From Promethearchaeota archaeon (GTDB lineage Archaea; Asgardarchaeota; Lokiarchaeia; Sigyniarchaeales; SOKP01): a stretch of 31,602 nucleotides of DNA. The stretch lies in NCBI GenBank assembly GCA_013375475.1, contig JABXKD010000041.1:1-31602 (forward strand). Direction: 5' to 3'. The position numbers and the translations under genes were made by a program. Position 1 is the first letter of the stretch, and each line of letters starts with the position of its first letter. Positions 18,767-26,825 of this stretch are shown piece by piece. A model generated the notes under the pieces. That model was given only the letters and a program-made list of their open reading frames with translations. It made no database searches and was not told the DNA's origin.

Positions 18767-19639
18767 TCATCCATCTTCTTTTTTCTTCCACTCACTATAA
18801 GACTGGAGCAATTTTTTTACTTCTTCTCGTTCAATATTGTCTTTAGCGAATTGTTTTTCCTCACCTTCAATTGGATTCATGCCTAAAAACAAAACCTTTA
18901 GTTTTTCCAGTTTTACCAAACTTTCTAAATTAACTAAGCTGGTTAGTTTATTAGTATCAAGATACAAGGTTTCTAAGTTTATTAGGGAATCCAAATTTTT
19001 AATCTCTTTTATTTTATTGCTGTTGAGGTATAAAACAGTAAGTTTGGTTAATGCATCAAGTCCTTTAATTTCAGATATTTGGTTATATCCAAGAAACAAA
19101 CGCTCCAGATTTGTCAAACTATCTAAATTTTTGATTTCTGCTATCTGGTTGCGATTAAGGTCTAAAGCTACAAGATTAGATAGGTTTTCTAAACCTTTTA
19201 TTTCCTTTATTTGATTTCCTATAAGGGTTAATTTTATGAGATCAGTTACAGATTCTAATCCTCTAATCTCAGAAATTTTGTTATTATTTATTTCCAACCA
19301 TATAAGGTTGGTAAGATTTTCAAGCCCTTTCAGTTCGCTAATCTGATTTCCACTAAGGAAAATACGATCGAGTTTAGTCAAACTCTCAAGTCCTTCTATC
19401 ACTTTAAACTGATTGTTGCTAAAATGTAACTGTTGAAGATTTGGTAGCACCTCCAAACCACTGAAATCTGTAAGTTTGTTGTTAGAAAGATCTAAAGATG
19501 TAACATTTTTTACCTTATTTAGCCCCTTAATCTCAGAAATTTCCTCTATTTCCATATTATTAATATCTAATTTAATAAGACCGAGCATTTCTTTTACATT
19601 AAACTTCTTACCCTTAACCTTGACTGATCCTAGCCCCAT
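18767..19639 (-). CDS. Leucine-rich repeat protein, SDS22/internalin-like
   Basis: About 10 tandem 22-aa repeats LxxLxxLxLxxNxIxEIxGLxx, capped by LFLGMNPI. Confidence 0.93.
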   Translation of the reverse strand: MGLGSVKVKGKKFNVKEMLGLIKLDINNMEIEEISEIKGLNKVKNVTSLDLSNNKLTDFSGLEVLPNLQQLHFSNNQFKVIEGLESLTKLDRIFLSGNQISELKGLENLTNLIWLEINNNKISEIRGLESVTDLIKLTLIGNQIKEIKGLENLSNLVALDLNRNQIAEIKNLDSLTNLERLFLGYNQISEIKGLDALTKLTVLYLNSNKIKEIKNLDSLINLETLYLDTNKLTSLVNLESLVKLEKLKVLFLGMNPIEGEEKQFAKDNIEREEVKKLLQSYSEWKKKEDG

Positions 19640-19777
19640 TATATTCCCTTAAAGTTATTTCATAGTTGCTTATCTTTAAGTAGTGTTCTGAATCTATAAA
19701 AAGTCTCTTTTTTTACTTTTTCTCTAGAGATAATTTTTTTAATACGAAGATTTAAATATCTTAACATTTATTATAAT

Positions 19778-19804
19778 AATGGGCGCCCATTCATAACATG
19801 GGCG
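19778..19804. promoter_or_regulatory. GC-rich palindrome AATGGGCGCCCATT plus a third ATGGGCG copy
   Basis: Perfect 14-bp palindrome at 19778-19791 and ATGGGCG at 19798-19804 in an otherwise very AT-rich divergent promoter region. Confidence 0.45.
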
Positions 19805-19835
19805 TAAAACAAAAAATATTAAAGGTGAAATTAGA

Positions 19836-20765
19836 ATGAGCCAAAAGTTTGAGACTCTAAACGGTTCTCAAGCAATAAAGTTATTAAATTATTTAAAAAA
19901 AATTAATTATCCAAAAGAAGAAATAATATCTCTCTTAAATAAGGAATTAGTTGAATTTGATAAATTATTAGAATTCGAAGATAATATTCCTCTCGCTATT
20001 GAAAAAGTTAAAATGGATAGGTTATTAAAACAAATTTCGGAGACTATATTTAATAACTATGAAAAATCCATTAGTAAAGGACAAGCTAAAGCACTTTTAA
20101 AACGTATTCTGGGAGTTAAATTAACTAACATAGAACGTACCCAGCTTTCTGAATTGCGAAAAAAAATTAGAAGGTATGAAAAATTCCTAACTTACTTTGG
20201 AGAATGGGGCAGGGAATCCGATCAAGTATTCAAAGTGATCATTATCGGATTGGATGATGAAGAATCGAATAAGCTTTCTGATGTACTTCTCCGACCTAAA
20301 GTATCGGGGCATAGAGACACATTAGGAGTTGAATTTTATATTAAAACATTAGAATCATATGATAAATCACTAACGACAATGCATTTTTGGAATATCTCTG
20401 GAGATAAAAGGTACGAGTTCTTGAGAGAACGCTATTATAAGGGTGCTAGCGCTATTGTAATTATATACGAAAAGGGGAATCGAGATTCTCTTCTTTTAGC
20501 TAAGAAGTATTATTCAGAATTTAAAAATGCAACAAATTTGAAATTCAGATTAAGAAAAGGGAAAAGAATCGAAATTGAAACACCAGTGTTTGTTGTAAGT
20601 ATAGGAGAAAACTCAATAATACCCTCACAAGGCGGCCCTCATTTAGCAATTGAATTAGGAGCGAGATATTTTGATAAAAAAGAGATATCCGCAGATGAAT
20701 TTGATGATGTGTTTAATCTAGTATCTTTAGAATTGCTCGTAAAGTGTCAAAATCAATTATTATGA
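19836..20765 (+). CDS. Helical N-terminal domain fused to a degenerate Rab-like small GTPase domain
   Basis: FKVIIIG, TLGVEFYIK, FWNISGDKRYEFLRERYYKGASAIVIIYE parallel Rab TIGVDF and WDTAGQERF...YYRGA, but GKS/T, DxxG and NKxD are not intact. Confidence 0.7.
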   Translation: MSQKFETLNGSQAIKLLNYLKKINYPKEEIISLLNKELVEFDKLLEFEDNIPLAIEKVKMDRLLKQISETIFNNYEKSISKGQAKALLKRILGVKLTNIERTQLSELRKKIRRYEKFLTYFGEWGRESDQVFKVIIIGLDDEESNKLSDVLLRPKVSGHRDTLGVEFYIKTLESYDKSLTTMHFWNISGDKRYEFLRERYYKGASAIVIIYEKGNRDSLLLAKKYYSEFKNATNLKFRLRKGKRIEIETPVFVVSIGENSIIPSQGGPHLAIELGARYFDKKEISADEFDDVFNLVSLELLVKCQNQLL

Positions 20766-20787
20766 GAAAGATTTTCTATATTTTAGT

Positions 20788-21537
20788 TTAGGTTTCTGAA
20801 CCGTTTAAATTTAAATCAAAGAGTTTGTCCTGAATTTTATTTTTTAATTCCTTAGAGAAATTGTTTTTTATTTCATCTGGTACATAGTTCAGATATTCCT
20901 TTATCTCACCTTCAATTATCAAACCTAATTGGTTCATTAATTCCTCAGTAGTCTCGTGTTTTCTCAAGTATAAATTCTTGTAAGTCTCAATATATCGAAT
21001 ATTAAACTTTTTTAACCAAATTTTACCCTTTTGTTCTAACATCGATAAAGTTTCTCTGGAACATGTTTCATTAAAGTTGCTATACTCAGATTCATACTTA
21101 TTTAGCTTGTCTTCACAGTATTTTATAACATGGGCTCTTTGTTTTGAATTTAAGTCTGTATTCGAATTAAGAAAAACGATGACCATGTACTTCTCAAGCA
21201 AAAAGTAGATTTGAGCTTTAATATTAGACCCATAAATTTCGAGGTGAGAAAGGTTTTTAATGTTAGCTTGCCCGGCAAAGATTTTAAACGAGCTTAAATA
21301 CATGGAAACCAAGTCAATCTCTAAAAAATTCTGGTGATCTTTCGATAGATAAGATTTTATTGGACCATATTTATCATCATCATTAGAATCATACTCGAAG
21401 ACCGTTATAGTGTTCCCATATTGATCTGCGATAATAATTCCAATAATCGGGGGTATAGCATTAAAATTATGTGTTCGATAAACGGTTTCTGTCAATTTTT
21501 TTTCAACGAAATTATCATCTTTTCCAGCTTCGAGCAT
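20788..21537 (-). CDS. Hypothetical protein with roadblock/longin (profilin-like) N-terminal domain
   Basis: IIGIIIADQYGNTI hairpin, helix DLVSMYLSSFKIFA, then strands HLEIYG, AQIYF, YMVIVFLN. Confidence 0.5.
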   Translation of the reverse strand: MLEAGKDDNFVEKKLTETVYRTHNFNAIPPIIGIIIADQYGNTITVFEYDSNDDDKYGPIKSYLSKDHQNFLEIDLVSMYLSSFKIFAGQANIKNLSHLEIYGSNIKAQIYFLLEKYMVIVFLNSNTDLNSKQRAHVIKYCEDKLNKYESEYSNFNETCSRETLSMLEQKGKIWLKKFNIRYIETYKNLYLRKHETTEELMNQLGLIIEGEIKEYLNYVPDEIKNNFSKELKNKIQDKLFDLNLNGSET

Positions 21538-21725
21538 AAATCTAAATAAACTTTAACACTATAAATTAAAGGGGGAGTGCTGATTTTTAGGAAAAAGTAG
21601 AAAATTACCGACATTTATGATCGTGAAACAAGTCTTTCACGCACAATCATATCACTTAGAGAATATTTTTTAGTGATCCAAGAAAAAAATTTCTTGAAAT
21701 TGTAAGCTGGTATTGATAAAAAAAG

Positions 21726-21829
21726 TGGGAGCGACCGGATTTGAACCGGTGACCAACAAGTCTGGAGCCTGCCGCGATCAGCACTTTGAACCGAACCGGC
21801 AAAGTTATACCGGGCTTCGCCACGCCCCC
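21726..21829 (-). tRNA. trnW: tRNA-Trp(CCA) with a 30-nt non-canonical D-arm intron (21777-21806)
   Basis: Acceptor GGGGGCG/CGCTCCC+A, D stem GCGA/TCGC, anticodon arm GCAGG-CTCCAGA-CTTGT, T arm ACCGG-TTCAAAT-CCGGT. Removing 30 nt gives a 74-nt cloverleaf; 3' CCA not encoded. Confidence 0.93.
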
Positions 21830-21972
21830 ATGTTTTAAATTTAAAAGTCGTGGCGTAAAATATTTTGTTTTAAATATCGACAGAATATTAAATTTTCTAA
21901 TTACTCATTTTATTTCAGTTTTATGAAATGTCTAAATAATTTAGGATTAAAAAATTTTTTGAACTTTAGGGA

Positions 21973-22464
21973 TTAGACTATTTTCGAGCCACAAAATTCA
22001 CAAAATCTAAGATTTTCGGCATTTTTCATTGAAGCACCACAAGTCGGGCAAAAGTTTGGTTTTTCGAGTACTTGGTCTCCCTTTTCATAGACCTTATACT
22101 CAAATGGTAATTTCTCTCCTTCATATTTTGGAAACTCATATCCACAATTATCGCAATAATTAAGTTTTCCATCAGTGTAGATATTACAATATGGACACTT
22201 ATTTATTAGTTTAAGCCCACAATTACGACAATACTCAGTATAAATACTAATTGGGACGTTACAACGCGGGCAATGCTTTTTGGATTCTCCAGAATAGCGA
22301 TATAATAATAACCCAATTAAAACAAATATAAGAATTGGAAAAATTATCATCAGAATGATACCAATTTCCAACAAAAGCCCAATAGTAAAAAATAAAAGAG
22401 TTAGAAAGACGAGAAATCCCGTTATTACTGAAAAACTCTTGCGATTGTAATCTCGGATACTCAT
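21973..22464 (-). CDS. Membrane-anchored multi zinc-ribbon (DZR) protein
   Basis: Two N-terminal TM helices then six CxxC pairs (CPRC, CRNC, CPYC, CDNC, CPTC, CEFC). Confidence 0.85.
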   Translation of the reverse strand: MSIRDYNRKSFSVITGFLVFLTLLFFTIGLLLEIGIILMIIFPILIFVLIGLLLYRYSGESKKHCPRCNVPISIYTEYCRNCGLKLINKCPYCNIYTDGKLNYCDNCGYEFPKYEGEKLPFEYKVYEKGDQVLEKPNFCPTCGASMKNAENLRFCEFCGSKIV

Positions 22465-22517
22465 TTGATAATGTTTTGATTTTGTATTAATTAGTTTTTA
22501 TTACTAGTAAGATATTA

Positions 22518-22697
22518 TTATTTTAATATTGATTCATTTTTTTCTTGTGCTGTATTACAGTAAGGGCAAATTTTTGTACCAAATTTGATTTTTTCTCCAC
22601 AAGCGAAGCATGTATATTCGTTTTCCCCATAGAGGATTTTTTTGTCAATAGTTTTTGCTATTTTATGCGTTTCATCTTTATATTCTTTTTCAGGCAT
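22518..22697 (-). CDS. 59-aa zinc-ribbon protein (missed by ORF track)
   Basis: Manual translation MPEKEYKDETHKIAKTIDKKILYGENEYTCFACGEKIKFGTKICPYCNTAQEKNESILK*. Confidence 0.8.
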   Translation of the reverse strand: MPEKEYKDETHKIAKTIDKKILYGENEYTCFACGEKIKFGTKICPYCNTAQEKNESILK

Positions 22698-22918
22698 AAT
22701 AAGACCAAATTTAAATATTTAATTTTACATGCTCTTCTATAAATTAGAATTAATACTGAATCTATAAAAATAATGGAGTCCAATTTTTACTTTAAATTAA
22801 GTTTTATTCGTGATAATAACAAAATTTAAGAGCTTATAATGATTTATTGATATTATAATCTATAATTAAATAAAGTGTTATAGTTTAAACAACAAAATTT
22901 AAAGGAGATACTTAAAAT

Positions 22919-23122
22919 ATGCCAGGTTCTCATGGAAGTTTAACTAAAGCTGGAAAAGTAAAACAGCAAACTCCTAAAATTCAAAGAACAGGAGTAAATT
23001 CAAAAAAGAAAAAGCCTCCAAGAATGAGATTTCGCGAACTTTACGTTCAGAGGATTGATAAAGGTCAATATGGAGGACAAAAAGATTCTCTTGGAGCCAA
23101 GCGGGCAAGTTATAAACGCTAA
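22919..23122 (+). CDS. rps30e: 30S ribosomal protein S30e (eS30)
   Basis: SHGSLTKAGKVKQQTPKI signature; GGAG upstream. Confidence 0.95.
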   Translation: MPGSHGSLTKAGKVKQQTPKIQRTGVNSKKKKPPRMRFRELYVQRIDKGQYGGQKDSLGAKRASYKR

Positions 23123-23138
23123 CTTCTTTTAAAAAGGT

Positions 23139-25028
23139 TTAAGCAATTACTCCAATCTTTTTTAATTGATTTATTAATAATTGGCTTTGTTGATAATAGT
23201 GAGTTGAATTATCACTATCACGGGCTAATATATCGTAGTAATCACACATTAATAAATTCCATCTAATAGATCTCCGGATGCCATGAATTTTCTTTAAATT
23301 TAGAGAGAGCTGGTTTTCAATGCTCTTCATTAAGTACAATGCTTTCTTTGAATCAACTCTATGATGTATATAGAACTCCGCTAATTCTAAAACTAAGTCA
23401 TAAAGAATAGGAGTAAATTCCTTCTCGTCAAAATTTATCCCTACTGAATCGATACCAGCTCTTAGGAGTTTTTGAGCTTGGGATAAGTTACCCTTTGCTT
23501 TATAAGTTTTAGCTCGCATTAGATGGTAACTTAACTTCACTTTAATAGAATTACTTCCTAATTGAAATGCATTTTTGAAATTAGTCTTAGCTTCAGCTAA
23601 TTTACTAAGCTCTTCATTGATTAAACCTAGATACAAGTAAGCCATACCGAGAAATTCATCTTTATTTATTGATGGCTCTTCATTTTCTAAGAAATTAACG
23701 ATGATATTGAAATGAGATAAGGCTTTATCGTATTTTTCTATTTTAAAATATCTCTTTCCTAAATAATAATGGATTTTTATTATGTACTCTACTGGTACTT
23801 CTCCGGACTTGGCTACACCTAATGCAGTCTGTAAATAATTATAAGCAACATCATCGTGATTCAGTAAAAAAGCGATTTCTCTTAATTTTAATAGAATTGA
23901 AACTACAACTTTTTTCTGGCGATTTTTATTGAAAATTTTTAAAGAATTGTTTAAAAGTTGAGTGGCTTCATCAAACCGATAATTTTTAATTAATTGCTCT
24001 GCGTCGATATATGAGTTGATAGATTTAATTACTTCAAAATTGGATGGTGGTGTATTAAATAAATCATTGTGGATTTGGTATAAATCTCCCTTTGACATTA
24101 AGCTTTCATAATGCAAAGCAGAAAAAGGAAAGTTATTACTTTCAAATTCAAAGTCATCTGTATCTAACTCATTTTTAGGATTAAAAGTAATAAAGTCATT
24201 TTGGCTAATATTTGCTAGACTGACTATTTCTAATATTGAGTTAATCATCATTCTGGAAAATTTTATCCAGTTCTCAACATAAGTTTCGAGTCTAAAATCA
24301 GTTTCTTTAAATAAAGAGTGCAAAATATAGGGGGTATAGGAATCAAATGAGGACCTAATATAGAATTTATTATATTCTAAATCCTTGAAGAATGTGAAAA
24401 ATCCTTTTTCAAATATGAAAAACTCATCAAATTCTTCGTCGTTAGAGAAAAATAATGTTTCCGATGTCCTAAGTTTAGGTACACCATCTTTTAATTCCCA
24501 AGGTAGTTTGTAAGTGGGTTTTAACCTAGTATTTTCCAGAACATTTACAATCTTGTTTGTATATAAATTGTCAAATTCTTCGAAGGTTATCCGTTTATTC
24601 ATTAGGGATATTCGGACACGGTTTAACCATCTGCTCTCATTTTCATCAGCGATAGTTTCAGGCATAAGCTGATTTAATAGATCGAGCAAATGAGTTTCCT
24701 TACCCTTGATAGGAAAATTATGTTCTAGGGATATCTGGAGGGCTAGATCTCGCAACATTTTCAATATAAAAATTATTACTTTATTCGTATTTTGATTTAA
24801 ATCCCATAATTTAAAAGCGAGAGAAATACGAAAACTCACTACTTCAAATGGAAAATTAAGTCTTAATGGTAGCGAAACCGGAAATTTTATCGTAAAAAGG
24901 ATCAATTTGTCTTTTTTAACGCTGTATCGAAAATAATTCTCGATAGTTCCCTTTAGACCAAATCCGTTTCGTTCAATTGCTTCTTTTAAATTAGTTAATT
25001 CATTAGCAGAAAAAGGTCTTAATGACAT
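23139..25028 (-). CDS. Tetratricopeptide repeat protein
   Basis: C-terminal TPR-like helices (YYLGKRYFKIEKYDKALSHF; AYLYLGLI...EAKTNFKNA); N-terminal region unrecognised. Confidence 0.75.
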   Translation of the reverse strand: MSLRPFSANELTNLKEAIERNGFGLKGTIENYFRYSVKKDKLILFTIKFPVSLPLRLNFPFEVVSFRISLAFKLWDLNQNTNKVIIFILKMLRDLALQISLEHNFPIKGKETHLLDLLNQLMPETIADENESRWLNRVRISLMNKRITFEEFDNLYTNKIVNVLENTRLKPTYKLPWELKDGVPKLRTSETLFFSNDEEFDEFFIFEKGFFTFFKDLEYNKFYIRSSFDSYTPYILHSLFKETDFRLETYVENWIKFSRMMINSILEIVSLANISQNDFITFNPKNELDTDDFEFESNNFPFSALHYESLMSKGDLYQIHNDLFNTPPSNFEVIKSINSYIDAEQLIKNYRFDEATQLLNNSLKIFNKNRQKKVVVSILLKLREIAFLLNHDDVAYNYLQTALGVAKSGEVPVEYIIKIHYYLGKRYFKIEKYDKALSHFNIIVNFLENEEPSINKDEFLGMAYLYLGLINEELSKLAEAKTNFKNAFQLGSNSIKVKLSYHLMRAKTYKAKGNLSQAQKLLRAGIDSVGINFDEKEFTPILYDLVLELAEFYIHHRVDSKKALYLMKSIENQLSLNLKKIHGIRRSIRWNLLMCDYYDILARDSDNSTHYYQQSQLLINQLKKIGVIA

Positions 25029-25174
25029 AGAATATAATTGAATCGTATTTTCTTTAATAATGTAATAAAAATTCCAATTATTAATTTTTATACATATCCT
25101 TATATTAGCAATTATAAATAGTTGAATTAACTTGATAACTTTGAGAATTAATTAAAATTGCATTTTGTTTAATA

Positions 25175-25870
25175 ATGGATATCGCAAAATTCAACCAAGA
25201 ACTAAGTTACAAAGTTGCTAAGGCAAATGGTTTAGAAAAACATAAGCGATTTCAAGAGGCCATCGATCTATGGTTAGATATCTCTGAAATGGCTTTGAAT
25301 GCTTCTAAAGCGCCCAAGATCGAAGTGTATTACAAATCAATGCTTATTGAAAAAACTAAACAAATAATAAACCACATTAAAGATCTTAAATCAAAAATAT
25401 ACGGTCAAAAAGAGAGAGCACAGATTCCAAAACAGGAATTTATCACTCCATCAAAACCATCTGAAGTAGAATCAAGTGGAGAACCAGGTCAAGAAGAGAA
25501 TGAATTTACACATTCTGAAACATCTGAAAGCACAACATTTTCTGATGATATTGAAACATCAAGGGATATCAAGGATGTTAAAATTATTGAAAACAGTGAT
25601 ATCCAAAATCTGCCTATAGGATTTAAAGAAATTAAACCTGCAGAAGATTTTGAAATTATAACTCCTCACGATAAAGACTATGTTAAAAAAATGTTGAGAC
25701 AGGATCATGATATGAGTGTATTTACGCATGATGATAAAGAAGTTAAAGTTCAAAGTCGACAAGAACCAGATTCACCTTCAGCCAAGACTAAAATTATTTG
25801 TTTTGCGTGTGGCAGTGAAATCCCAGCTAATTCTAAAGTTTGTCCCACATGTGGTACTAGTTTAAGATAA
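25175..25870 (+). CDS. MIT-like three-helix domain + acidic linker + C-terminal zinc ribbon
   Basis: AKANGLEKHKRFQEAIDLW...LIEKTKQIINHIKDLK resembles MIT; CFACG..CPTCG at the C-terminus. Confidence 0.6.
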   Translation: MDIAKFNQELSYKVAKANGLEKHKRFQEAIDLWLDISEMALNASKAPKIEVYYKSMLIEKTKQIINHIKDLKSKIYGQKERAQIPKQEFITPSKPSEVESSGEPGQEENEFTHSETSESTTFSDDIETSRDIKDVKIIENSDIQNLPIGFKEIKPAEDFEIITPHDKDYVKKMLRQDHDMSVFTHDDKEVKVQSRQEPDSPSAKTKIICFACGSEIPANSKVCPTCGTSLR

Positions 25871-25886
25871 TGTTCGGTTTTTTCTA

Positions 25887-26570
25887 CTAGAAATTATAAA
25901 ACTTTCCAGCGTCCTTTAAGGAAAAGACACCAAATCTTTCAGATCGTTTTCTTGTTAATGTTTGCCAACCAAGCCTAGTGTCTTTAAACAAGAGTTGAGT
26001 TTTATAAAGTTTCATAATTTCATATACTTCTAACCTGTAATCGGTGATTCTTTCCTTTTTTTGCATCTCCATTGGGGCTTTCATGACATTATAAATTGCG
26101 TAAACATAGAATTCTGTATTTGCAAGGTTCAGTTCTATTGCTGCGTTTTTAGCAATAGTGTGTGTAGCTTGATGATCTGGATGATTGTTATTGTCACTGG
26201 GTATAACTATTCTATCTGCATCTTCGATAATATCCTTGGATAACTTCACTCCATTATGTATTTGGTTCATTGCATCTTGATCGTGGAATTTAAATAGATG
26301 CACATTACTATCTGGAAAACAAAATGCTCTAGCGACACTTTTGGCTTCTTTTAAGCCAATTACACCGATTTCTTCCTCACTTAAATCAATATATTCCTTC
26401 GCTTCTTCTAGTATTATCTGGTTATTCTTTTTCCCCCAGGTTACTAGTGCACGATTATCTGTAACATATACAATATGTACATCATGCCCTTCTTCCATCC
26501 ATTTTAAGATAGATCCGCCTGCTCCATAAATTTCGTCATCAGGATGAGGAGCAAATACTACAATCTTCAT
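25887..26570 (-). CDS. PIG-L/LmbE family deacetylase
   Basis: VFAPHPDDEIYGAGG and HPDH metal-binding motifs; ATG at 26570 preferred over TTG at 26597. Confidence 0.9.
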   Translation of the reverse strand: MKIVVFAPHPDDEIYGAGGSILKWMEEGHDVHIVYVTDNRALVTWGKKNNQIILEEAKEYIDLSEEEIGVIGLKEAKSVARAFCFPDSNVHLFKFHDQDAMNQIHNGVKLSKDIIEDADRIVIPSDNNNHPDHQATHTIAKNAAIELNLANTEFYVYAIYNVMKAPMEMQKKERITDYRLEVYEIMKLYKTQLLFKDTRLGWQTLTRKRSERFGVFSLKDAGKFYNF

Positions 26571-26609
26571 AATCTCACTTATTTTATAAAATAACAAATA
26601 GAATTTGTT

Positions 26610-26825
26610 TTAATTCAATTTAATAATTAAATCAAAATATGCATCTTCTTTCTTTTTTGAAGGATGTATCTCTTTAATTTCACAGAAAACTTTTGTTTTT
26701 AATTCTCTTTCGAGAATACCTTCAGTAATTCCGCATATAATATAAATATGGTAATCAAAATCTTTTGTATCGCTTAGGAAAGGGGAATGTAATTTCTTTT
26801 CGTCGTAATTCAGTAGGAATTTCTT
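26610..26825 (-). pseudogene. Start-less open frame, probable 3' remnant of a V4R-like domain gene
   Basis: KKFLLNYDEKKLHSPFLSDTKDFDYHIYIICGITEGILERELKTKVFCEIKEIHPSKKKEDAYFDLIIKLN*; no in-frame ATG; bounded upstream by TAG at 26826-26828. Confidence 0.45.

Noticed and set aside
18767-19639. CRISPR-like or DNA tandem repeat array
   Set aside because: The 66-nt periodicity is degenerate and comes from the LRR coding repeats; no identical repeats with unique spacers were seen anywhere in the window.
21600-21730. Integrated element at the tRNA 3' end
   Set aside because: No integrase and no duplicated tRNA 3' fragment were seen in the window.
21726-21829. tRNA-Sec interpretation of the 104-nt tRNA gene (the insert contains TTCAAA)
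   Set aside because: The true anticodon arm carries CCA, the acceptor/T stems are the standard 7/5, and the extra length is explained by a BHB-bounded intron.
22545-22742. 65-aa plus-strand ORF in the track
   Set aside because: It is the antisense shadow of the 59-aa zinc-ribbon gene at 22518-22697.
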